From: Cycas panzhihuaensis
Taxonomy: Eukaryota > Plantae > Cycadophyta
Reading direction: 5' to 3'
Length of the DNA: 64,000 bases
NCBI GenBank assembly: GCA_023213395.1
Contig: CM041465.1
Coordinates: 234,243,741 to 234,307,740, forward strand
A program made the position numbers and the translations under genes. Every line of letters starts with the position of its first letter. Position 1 is the stretch's first letter. Of this stretch, positions 25,057 to 35,768 are shown in pieces. The notes under the pieces were generated by a model, which ran no database searches, had not been told where the DNA came from, and saw only the letters and a list, made by a program, of their open reading frames with translations.

Positions 25057-27909
25057 TAGGTTGTCTATTTTCTAGTTTTGGTTGCTCAAACGTCCGACGG
25101 AACATAGCTATATGACTGCTCGTTGAGATTCTGGCGAGCTCACCGATCTGCTGGAGAAGACGGATCTGGATTCCCTCCACTGTGGAGGAAGATCTCCCGC
25201 TCGGAAGTTTGCTCTCCACACGGAAACCAGGTTCTTCGTTTCATTTTTATTTTTTATAAATATTTTTGATATATGCCTCTTATTTGCTCCTTTTGATCTC
25301 CGATATATATGCACTTGATAGATTTATAGTTTATGTACTGGATTAATTTTTACAATTTGTACATCTCTTTACAAACATATATATAGCCGTTTGTTCTAGC
25401 TCCCATGTTCCTCTTGCATCTCTGTGCCCCTGCGTTGTCTCTTTGGCATATTAGCCTCCGTGTTATCTCTGTGACTCTGCCCTATTAATCTCTCTTAACC
25501 TGCTGTTAAAGATATCTCTGTGTTCGCCTCCGTGCATATCCCTCTGCGTAGCACTCTCCGTCAAGGCCCTGCGTCTCGCCTCTACGCCTCTGCGTAGCCC
25601 TCTCCGTCCGTCCGTTCTGTTTAGTAACCTCTGCATGCCTGCTCCGTTCTGCTGTTTATGCACAATCTGTTTAGTAATCTACGCCCGCTTCGATCACCGT
25701 CATTATTACGCCTTCCGCTCGGATTCGCAGATTACGCCACATTAGCGTCTTTCCGTTCATGCATACACCTCAGCTTCTCTTTTACCTGCACACCTCAGCG
25801 TCTCTTTCCTGTACGTCTCGATATATATATCGGCGTGTCTGCACGTCGCCTTATTCTGCCCATCTCGCCTCTCGATATCGGCGCGTTATTCGCCTTCCTT
25901 CGGCTTCTGCTATTGCGATTCATTTAACTGCCGATTTACTCGGCTTTCATTTATTTGCTCTTTTGCGTTCGTCGCCTCTGTACATTGCGTTTAAATCGCC
26001 ATTTCAGGTGGCGCCATTCGTTGTGATATTAATCATTTTGCGTTTATATGCGATCTTAATCGTATTCCATCTTATATATTCGCGTTTTGCATTGTCATAT
26101 TAATCGTGCGTTGGCATATGTGCGTTCTTAGCTCATTCTTGATATTATATATATTTGCATTCCCATTTATTCATGTTTTTGCGTTGGCATATTGGTCACA
26201 TTATATTTGTTATATATTTGCATTGGCATATATTGCTTTTGCGTTGACATATTAATTGCATTATATTTGTTTTATATATAGCGTAGCACATATATATTAA
26301 GTTCATTTTAACTCTCTGACGAGTTCACCCTCCCGGCATCGGAGGTTCTGTTTCTGACTGGTCTTGGGTTCAATCCCAGCCCGGTTCGCACTGTTTTTAA
26401 AGAAGTTTTTCATTTTAAACCTTATTTTTTAAATTTTTATTTTTCCATAAGGTTATTAGGCGCATTTTGGCCATAACTTCCCTTAGCTCATCGGTTTGAC
26501 GAAACCTATGCCATCAGATCAAAATTTTTCGTAGATCAATTTCACTGGTCAAGACCAATTTGGTGCCCATTTGACCTCGTTTCACCCTTTTAACATTGGA
26601 CTTCGAAATTTCAGCGGTTTTACATTTTTAACAAAATCGGTTTTAGAACCGGTCGCTATTTATTGTTGGTAAACTGCTTTGTATCCAAATTTTTCCTATA
26701 GTGATCTACGTCATATAGACTCTAATACCCATCTTTTACTTTAATTTTTGACTTCATTTTCACTAATATTTTAATCGCTAAAATAAAAAATTAGTTGTTT
26801 TTGCCTGCTCTTGAACATTCTCCATAAAGATACTTGTCACTTTTTTCACTATAACTGTTACAATTTTTATCAGATTTCATTTCCGTCGACCGTTGGGAAG
26901 CTGACTCATTTCTCTTCAACGTGATATATTTTTTTCATATATTTTGACATATTTTGCTTATATTTCAAATCAGCTAAAGTTGAGTCATTTTATTGGCCTA
27001 AATCTATTTTTTTACACCTGGTTAATATATTCTTACAAAATCTTCAATTGACAGAATATTCATTACTACATCAATAATATTTGATCAATTTTTCAACTTT
27101 GTTAAGGATTAATTAGTACTTTTATACAATTTTTTGCCTACCACTGCTCTGTTAGGCTCCATAAGGAGGTCCTTTTCTTAGCATCATTCAAAAGCGTGAC
27201 TTATTGGTATCCTTTTCAAAACCGTCTATTTTTTTGGATTCTCATTTCAGCAATCTACATATTGATAAAATTTTAAGCTATTCTGACCTCATTCAATATC
27301 GTTTTCAATCATTAAAGTTGAGTATATATATTCATCCTATGACTTGTCTTCCTTTCAAAAATTGTAAAGAAAATTCTAGTTCATATTTTCCTTGTTTACT
27401 CGAGTTTATGCTTGATCTTTCTACAAGCACTTTACATTATTTTGAACAAGTATTTATTTATAAGGCAATACATAAAAGTTGTTCTTAAAAGAAGTTTTTA
27501 TATTGAAGATTTATTATTCATTTGAGAAATTGGCATCTGTTTATCTATTCTCAAAAGTTTATTTTAAATCTTGCATAAGTGAAAAGTTTTGAGCATCATT
27601 ACTTCTTTTTGATTGTTTTACTTTAAAAGTGTATTAAAGTTCTTCTTCATTATTGGAAAATATCATCCTTCTTGCACTTATAAAAGAAAAATTGCATTTC
27701 TTTTCAAAGGTATCTTATATTTGTTTGAAGGACATTATATATTTTTTGAAAAAAAGCAAAAGAGTTTTTAAAAGTTTTCATTTCATCTTGCTTAGAGCAT
27801 TTTTTTCTATTATCAAAAGAATTTTTCTTTTCTAAGCAAGACCACATTGCTAAATAGATTAGTTTTCACATTAAATAAGATAAATCCGAATTGAACCACA
27901 CTTTTTTCC

Positions 27910-28280
27910 GGCCTTGCAAGGGCAGTTAGGACCCACAAGTTACCACCACTTTGCGCTAATCGGCCTACTCATATTGGATGAGGACAACCATTAGCTATCG
28001 TGTATATATTGGCGGTGAGGTCGTAACCTTTCCTTTTATGGTGTTTGGAGACCAAGGCTAGACACGGAGGGTGAGTGCCTTTGGTTCGAGAACCTTCACC
28101 GCTAGATGCCGTTAGGCATAAATCCCAAGCAGTGGACCAACAATTCGAGGGGTGTCAAAGCCTTCTTAGCACCCACGTCTTGAGGTATATAGAGCCTGGC
28201 GCTCGATCTTGATAAAGGGTCCCTGTTTTGCCATCCGTAAGGCGGGCGCCATTGTAATAACAGAAGGTTGCCCTGTGAGA
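27910..28280 (+). ncRNA. Candidate large structured cis-RNA element in the leader of Copia C
   Basis: GC-rich island with nested complementary arms (e.g. GGCGGTGAGG/CCTTCACCGCT, GGACCC/GGGTCC, AAGGGCAGTT/GGTTGCCCT) and GTTA/GTAA tetraloop hairpins, ~170 nt upstream of the gag ATG. Function inferred only. Confidence 0.5.
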
Positions 28281-28453
28281 AACATAAACTTAGAGCCTAG
28301 TAGCCTTTCTAGGTCCTAGTTCATTTGTTCAAACTTCTGAAAACCTTGGGATATATATTTGGAAATAATTTCTTTCATTTAAGATCTTTCAATTTTCTAC
28401 ATTCAAATATTTTGCTATTACATTTATCACATTTTATACAACCTTAATTTAAA

Positions 28454-31400
28454 ATGACATCTAGTTTTGGGAATATGATTATTCCTAAGTTTGATGGAAA
28501 TAATTTTCTTAACTGGAGTAGGAGGATGAGGCCCATCCTCATAGCAAATGAAATGTGGGATATAGTGAGAAATGGTTACAATGACTTAGGATCAAACCCA
28601 ACCCGATCTTGAAAAAGCTACATACAAAGAAAATATCAAAAGATAATGAAGCCTTAGCCCTTATTTTTGCGCTTTAGAAGATCATGTTTTCCACGTGTTA
28701 GTGAATCCATTAAGTCTAAAGAGGCTTGGGATACTTCTGACTTATTTATGAAGGGGCTGCGTCCTCTAAACTACAAAACTTAAGAAGTAAGTTCGAAAAT
28801 TTACGTATGATGCCTCATGAATCAATAACTGAATTTATGACCAAGATTCAAGACATAGTTAACCAAATGAGGTCCCTTGGGGACACCTTAACCGAACAAA
28901 GAGTGGTTGAACGGATCCTTCGATGTGTAAGAGCCGTTAGACGCTTTGAGATGGTAGCTACAAGTATTAGTGTATCTAAAGACCTAAGTACCCTCAAAAT
29001 AGAACAACTTACTGCTATGCTCATGTCCATAGAAGAGCAACAAGCTGCCAACGAAACCTTAGAACATGCCTTTGCTACAAAGGCCAACATTCAATCTAAT
29101 CCTCAAGATGGCCCTTCAAAACAAAACGAATCTCCTCTAAGGAGAAAAGATGAAAACCCTAGAAATGAACCTAGACAAAATCCTCCACGATACCAAGCTC
29201 CTCATAATAGACAAGGACGACCCCCACAACATGAAAACTCTCCAAGACACTCGAACACTCAAAGAAACCCTAACCAACGAAGACAAGTTGAAAATCATTC
29301 TTGTTGCCCACATTGTCATGGGAACCCACCACCTTCTACCACACCTCAAAACTATCGTGACCAACCAAGAAATAATCATACTCAATTCTGTGAGGAAAGG
29401 GGGAGACCTTTCAACCGTGATCGCTCTCCACCAAGGAATCAAAATCTTAGTTATGGAAAAAGAGATCAACTATATTGCACTTATTATCGTAGAAATGGTC
29501 ACACTGAAGATAAGTGTTTTTCAAAACATGGACCACCCTCTAGAGGACATGTGTCAAATACATCAGAATCTAAAATCAACAATAGGTTATTTCTATCTAG
29601 TTTTTCAAACCAGGAAGAAGAGGACGATAGTTGGTACATTGACTCCAGTTGTTCCACCCACATGACCCATAAAGAACAATTATTTCAAACTTTGGATACA
29701 AATAAGAAAGGGTCTATTATGTTTAGAGACAACACTTCTCACCAATCGATTGGAAAAGGTAACATTGCCTTATTGACTGATAGTGGTGAATATAAATATT
29801 TAAATGATGTTCTATACGTCCCCGCTTTAAGGAAAAACTTACTATCGGTAGGACAGATGATGGGACAAGACTATAAAATAATTTTTGACAACGGCGAATG
29901 CGTCATTAAAGATAAACGACAAAATGAAGCTATTGTTGTTAGGGGTATCATGACTAAAGATCGTTTATTTAAACTTACTATCACCTCCTCAGATACATAT
30001 GCTCTTAGAACCATAAATACTATGGATAGTGACCTATGGCATCGACGTTTCGGTCACCTTAATTATACAAGTTTAGCCCTTATGAAAAGATTAGATATGG
30101 TTAATGGCTTACCCCCTATTGATGTTAACAAAGAGTTGTGTGAGGGATGCCTTCTTGGAAAACATCATAGAGAAAGCTTTCAGACTTTAGCCATCGGGCA
30201 TCCGCCTCTTCAACTTATCTACCACGGATATTTGTGGCCCAATGGCCACTCCTCCTTGGCGGTGCCAAATATTTCCTTACATTTATTGATGACTTTACAA
30301 GAAAGACTTGGGTGTTCTTTCTCAAATACAAATCGATGCTTTTGACCACTTTGTTGACTTCAAAACCTTCGTTGAGCGACAAAGTGGATAGCATATCCTC
30401 TTCTTAAGACCTGATAATGGAGGAGAATTTACCTCTAATATCTTCAAGGATTATCAGATCCAACATGGGATTAGGCGACAACATACAAACCCTTACACCC
30501 CACAACAAAATGGTGTAGAAAGGAAAAGCAGAACTATCGTAGAAATGGCACGTTGTATGCTTAAAGATAAAAACTTAGGCCATGAATTTTGGGGAAAGCG
30601 ATCCATACCGCATGATCTACTTACTTAATCGATGTTCCACAAAAGTCATTAGAGGAAGACACGGAAGAAGCATGGACAAAGTTATAAACCTAGTATCCGT
30701 CACCTTAAGGTATTTGGTCATTTAGCCTATGCCCACATCCCGACCAAAGAAGAACCAAATTAGATGATCATAGTGTAAAATGTATCTTTATTGGATATAG
30801 TGAATCATCAAAATCTTACAAAGTTTATGATCCCAAATCCGAAAAGTTATTACGAGTAGGGATGTCAAATTTCAAGAAGACACCTACTATCAAAATAATC
30901 ACGAACAACAAAAGGACATTACTATTAAGTTTAATGCATCAAATACATCCAAATATGTGCCCCTATGTGGAGAAACTCTCCTAAACTACTAGGAAACAAC
31001 ATCACCTCAACCACCATTACTACCCCTACCCAAATGGGTTCAACGCAATCATGACTTAGGAAATATATTAGATAACAATCGAAGATCTACACGTTCACAC
31101 AAAGTTAACTTTGCTCTAATGAGTAAGTTACTTGAAAGTCATGAGCCTCAAACCTTTGGTGAGGCTAATCAACATGAGTCTTTGGCAAAAGCCATGCAAG
31201 AGGAATATAAATCTATCGTTAAAAATGATACTTGGGAACTTGTAGACTTACCACCAAGAAAGAAAGCCATTGGAACCAAATGGGTTTATAAGACTAAGTT
31301 CCACTGATGGATCAATTGATAAATATAAAGCTCGTTTAGTTGCCAAAGGATATGCCCAAAGAGAAGGCATAGACTATACCAAACATTTGCCCCAGCTTGC

Positions 31401-32660
31401 TAGAATGGAATCGATTCGCATGATAATAAGTTTAGCGCTCAAATGGGTTGGCCTGTTTATCAAATGGACGTAAAAGTGCTTTTTAAATGGTTATATTCAA
31501 GAAGATATCTATGTCTCTCAACCCCTCGGTTTTGAAGTCGGGGAAGAAAACAAAGTGTATAAGTTAAAGAAAGCGTTATATGGTCTAAAACAAGCACCTA
31601 GGGCTTGGTATTCCCGATAGACACATATCTTAAAGATCAAGGGTTTGAAAGATCTCAAGCGGATCCAAACCTATACACTAAAATTAAAGGAGATTCGATA
31701 TTGATCGTAGGACTTTACGTGAGCGACTTAATTTATCTTGGAAATGACTCCCAACTTTTAAATCAATTTAAAGAAGCTATGTGTAAGGAATTTGAAATGA
31801 CAGACTTAGGTCTTATGCACTACTTCCTAGGATTGGAAGTGTGGCAAGATAAACAAGGAATATTTATATCTCAACGTAAATATATACTAGACCTTCTACA
31901 AAGATTTAATATGACAAGCTGTAAACCATTATCAATACCGGTAGAAATTGGAATTAAACTCTCTAAAACAGATGACTCAACTTGATTGATCCCACTCACT
32001 ATAGACAACCGATTGGTAGCCTACTTTATTTAACCTCTACTCGACCGATATAACATATTAGTAAGTGTTGTATCTAGATTTATCACGAGGATCCAAAGAC
32101 ATCCCATTGGCAAGTCGCTAAAAGAATCCTCGAGATACCTTAAAGGGACTTGGACTTTGGACTATACTACAAACCTACATCCGAGTTTCGATTAACGTGT
32201 TACAGTTGATTGATGGTGATATTGATGATAGAAAATCTACTTCCGGTTATGCATTTAGTATGGGATCAGCAACAGTAGCTTGGAGTACAAAGAAACAAAA
32301 TACCGTTTCCTTATCCACGGTAGGCGAGAATATAAAGCCCGATGTTAGGAGCCCGTGAATCAATCGGTTAAGAAGACTCTTACAAGATTTTCAAATTAAA
32401 CAGCAAGGCCCCACTAAAATTTGGTGTGACAATCAGAGCGCTATTCAAATGACCAAAAATCCAGTATTCCACAGCAGAACAAAGCACATTAAAACTCAAT
32501 ACCACTTTATTCAGGAACTTGTACAAGCAGAACAGATAGAGTTGACTTATTGTAGCACCGAAGATCAAACAACGGATATTTTTACAAAGGCCTTGGGAAA
32601 AATCAAGTTTGAAAAGTTCATAGATGATTTAGGAGTCATACACATTGGGCTTATGGGGGA
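28454..32660 (+). pseudogene. Copia gag-pol polyprotein of element C, frameshifted in this sequence
   Basis: MTSSFGNMIIPKFDGNNFLNW (gag N-term), ESITEFMTKI (UBN2-type gag), CTYYRRNGHTEDKC, WYIDSSCSTHMT, LWHRRFGHLN, YFLTFIDDF/DNGGEF/TPQQNG, KYKARLVAKGYAQREGIDY, LGLMHYFLGLEV, NPVFHSRTKHI. Includes ORF 28807-30345. Confidence 0.97.
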
Positions 32661-32663
32661 GAA

Positions 32664-32989
32664 TGTTGGGAATAATCCCAATGTTTGTGCACTAGAGCAC
32701 TTAGGGCCCCTCAAAGCCACCTTTGAGGGCCCTAGGCACCTTGAACTGCAGATTCGCCCGGACCGACCACTCACGTGAGGTACGTATCACCGCTATTTAT
32801 TTTTTATATTTTTTCAAACTAACCTTAATTGTTGTGCAGCTAGGGTGATGGCGCCCGACACCTCCCCGAATCTCTATTTAAGGGTTGGGAATACCTCCCT
32901 GGTGTTTATTAACACCGCCACTCTTTCGAAATCATTGTACTCAAGATGAAAGTATCGTGATGTCCTGCTCTGCTCCTCCGGCTCCATCA
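32664..32989 (+). repeat. 3' LTR of Copia C
   Basis: Follows PPT; matches 5' LTR; followed by TSD. Confidence 0.97.
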
Positions 32990-33038
32990 TTAATACTAGA
33001 ATTAGAATGTAGGTGGTTGTCCCTGGCATTAATGCCAT
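32990..33038 (-). pseudogene. First 16 codons of Copia B gag, separated by insertion of C
   Basis: ATG at 33038; removing C and one TSD copy gives in-frame MALMPGTTTYILILVLTGLNYDN*RNR. Confidence 0.8.
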
Positions 33039-33599
33039 ATTGGGAGTTATGAGGTTTGATTGAAGATTGAAGAATATGAAGGTGGTTGAAAATAATCACT
33101 TACTAAAAGTATTAATCATTAGATTAATATTTTAATAGGAATAATTCAAGGAAGCATTGTAGTATGCATTACTTGCACTTAAAAAATCACATTATTTTCA
33201 AACAGATAATTTCCCTTGATTTAAACAAACAAACAACTTCTTAAAGAATCCCTTTAAGCAATCCCTTTTCGAAAAAAAAGGTTCCCCCTTAAGTGTTTAA
33301 GTTTGATAAAGGGTTATAAGATTGTCACTTGGCAACTATTTGACAAAATATCTTAATGAGTGGAGAACTGTAACTATAAGTAGGTATGTAACTAATTTAA
33401 AATTTAACTTGAAATTTAGTGTGGGTAGGGTAATACCATTCTATATTACTAGAAAGATCTTATGATTAATCCACATCCCAATTGAAAGTTAAGATGCATT
33501 GAAGTATATACTTTATTATGCATAAAAAAATTCTTGAGCAAGATAAAAATTAGGTGAAAAGGGCTTATGTAATAATCAATATAAAAAAAGGTTTCAAAA

Positions 33600-33970
33600 A
33601 AGTATTAAAACATTAACTTAAGGAAGGGAGGGGTTTAGATTAATATCATGAATGTGGTGGGGGGGTTAACGTAATAAATGTATTACATAAAAAAAAAAAA
33701 GGAAATTGATTAATATTGTTAATGCAATATGGGAGTTTTAGATTAATTTACACTAATGTGATTAAGGGGGGGGGGTTGAGTTGTAAATCAGGGTTATTAA
33801 TTTTAGGTACTAAAGGTTGATTAAAAAGGGGAGTTTTAGATTAATTTACACTAAAGATTAATTAAAAGAGGAAATTTAATTAAAAAGGGATTTTAATTAA
33901 TTTATAAATGTGATTAAGGGGGGTATTAAAATTAATGTAATAAGGGAGGGGGTATTAAGGTTTAATAAAT
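33600..33970. repeat. Degenerate G-run/AT tandem repeat in leader of Copia B
   Basis: Repeated GGGAGTTTTAGATTAATTTACACTAA and AATGTGATTAAGGGGGG units. Confidence 0.7.
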
Positions 33971-34301
33971 CAAAAATAAAAGAAATAAAATAAAATCAAA
34001 ATTTTAAGTTTATGGACCCAACGGATTATAAAATAAAAATAAAACGAACTGTTAAGTAGGATCCGTTAATTTTTAGGGTTATAAACCTTCATCTGGTATG
34101 GCAATGGCATAACAACGACAATCCATTTTCCATTGTAGGTCTTCGAGGCAAGGATGGAGATGGAGAACGAGTGATTCAGAGAATGGGCAATAAACAGATG
34201 CTTCAGTGATACGGAGAATGGGCGATGACGCTTCTTATCATTGCAACATTGCAGGTTCGTTTCTTCTTCATATAGATGCTCCTTGCGTTGCAGGTTTAGA
34301 G

Positions 34302-34592
34302 GTGAGGATGGTAATCATTGATACAGTTACAACCACTTTAGCTCTGGTAGAGCAACATCATTGTTTCCAGCTTAACTCAGTTTGTCTTAGATTTTTTGCA
34401 TCCCTTATAAATTTAAGAGCTATGATGCAAACTGAGGGGTATGATAACTTAACGGAGAGCTGCCCATCTATCCTCTCTGGGCTTTTAGAAAGCATTGCAC
34501 AGGTTGAGCAAGACTTAGGTATTGGTAGTAGACATGGAAATGGACTGGATGGCAGTGATGCTAAAGGACAGCGTGTAAGGTAGAGAATATAA
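34302..34592 (+). pseudogene. BPM: Captured fragment of a BTB/POZ-MATH (BPM) gene: BACK-like C-terminus and NLS
   Basis: ED.[56 protein letters not shown]...LDGSDAKGQRVR*RI* matches plant BPM C-termini as recalled ([24 protein letters not shown]...NL.AVMQTDGF.YLKESCPS.L.ELL...DGSD..GRRVKQRL*). Confidence 0.9.
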
Positions 34593-34876
34593 TTACTCTC
34601 CCCCAAAGGGAGTTGTATTGATAAATAGGAGTTTTTGAGCACTGCACTAGATGTATGAAATAAGTGGTTTTTTGCACTTTATAGCATCCATAAGTACCAC
34701 TCTTTGAAGAAATGTTTTGGCAAATGAAGCGGTTGCACTAGTGAGAAGATAAGGTATTTACTCATTTGCTATAGGGATCAATTCCATTTTCAACCGGCTT
34801 CATTCTCGTGTTGTAAGCTTTGTTGCTGTTGTTCCACTATGTGCTCACCATCTTGGTCTTGGCCTTCATCTTCAAG

Positions 34877-34960
34877 ACAGGCTTGATTAGGCTTCTTTCA
34901 ACATGTGCAAGTGGGTCGACATTAGTAGCAAAGACCCTTCTACTCCTTAGTATTAGTGGT
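34877..34960 (+). pseudogene. UPL3: Captured fragment of a HECT E3 ubiquitin ligase (UPL3/KAKTUS-like, ARM region)
   Basis: TGLIRLLSTCASGSTLVAKTLLLLSISG matches the UPL3 segment TGLIRLLSTCASGSPLG..TLLLLGIS as recalled. Confidence 0.85.
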
Positions 34961-35336
34961 AATTCTGGAGTTGGTCACTCTGAAATTGAAGGACGTAACA
35001 TAAATAGTGAAGATGCAAGAGTGCAAGATTATTGTAAGGAGACATTAAACATGCCAGAGCCTTGTCATGGGCAACGTGTTGTGTTGCATGGACATGCACA
35101 ACCTGGCCAACAATCTAAAAGAGAAATGATCCAAGGTACGGGTAATAGGCCTGCGGTGCCTGCAAACTACTACAAGCGAGTACTGTGCATAGTGCAAGAT
35201 CAATATCCTTTTTTATGTGATTTGATAGGGAGATGTTACAGTGGTAGATTCAATTCTGCAACTCTTTTAACATGCCATATATATGATTTTAAAAAGGAAC
35301 TTAAGACAGAGAGCCTTAAATTGGGCTATGATACCA

Positions 35337-35768
35337 TGTAGAAAGATGGGCATATGCATAATATCATCACAGGATCACATAATAAGCAAATACAGGTAAC
35401 AAAATGACACTGCACATATACACCAATTTGACAGGTGGAAAACCTCTTCTGGGGAAGAAAAAACACCTCCTAAAGTTGTAGTTTTATTAAGAAACTTTGA
35501 GAAACAGAAGACTAACCACCAAACCAGCCTTGTAAAAGGCATTTAGACAACCCTCCTAGATTCTCAGAACCATCTCCTTGAATATAGGAGATGAATTTAT
35601 ACAAAGAAAGGTTTGTTAAAATGCAGTTTTGCATTTCAACCACCTTCCATATAACATAATTAATAAGCACTAAAGTTTAATCTTATAATAACTTAAATAC
35701 AAATTTAGACATGTGACTTAAATATAAACTTTAAAAAGAACATAAAGATTACATTAATATTCCTAACA
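35337..35768 (-). repeat. 5' LTR of Copia B
   Basis: Adjacent to PBS (35325-35336); matches 20034-20474. Confidence 0.95.

Larger units (their letters stand above)
24708..32989 (+). mobile_element. Ty1/Copia LTR retrotransposon C, young, full length
   Basis: LTRs 24708-25042 / 32664-32989 (TG...CA); perfect TTAAT TSD (24703-24707, 32990-32994); perfect PBS TGGTATCAGAGC (25045-25056); PPT ATGGGGGAGAA (32653-32663); retains many CG dinucleotides. Confidence 0.98.
20034..35768 (-). mobile_element. Ty1/Copia LTR retrotransposon B (two LTRs; interrupted by element C)
   Basis: LTR pair 20034-20474 / 35337-35768 (TGT...ACA); TSD AAAAT/GAAAT; PBS TGGTATCATAGC (35325-35336); PPT TTAAAGGGAGA (20475-20485); Copia domain order. 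Confidence 0.96.

Noticed and set aside
25108-26103. Overlapping ORFs in the leader of C as extra genes
   Set aside because: Low-complexity, stop-poor composition; no recognisable domain; mutually overlapping on both strands.
26316-26360. Hammerhead ribozyme core (CTGACGAG)
   Set aside because: No downstream GAAA with closing stem II and no NUH cleavage site in register.
28848-29665. Alternative-frame and antisense ORFs inside gag of C (28848-29090, 29137-29469, 29150-29665)
   Set aside because: Shadow ORFs of the gag frame; no independent motifs.
35139-35175. LOB-domain start (ACGACKLL) in an alternative frame
   Set aside because: Only 7-8 residues, preceded by stops and lacking the following RRxC...C motif.
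34206-35341. A functional host BPM or UPL3 gene
   Set aside because: Only short fragments, no MATH/BTB core or HECT domain, premature stop, and located between PBS and gag of a retrotransposon.
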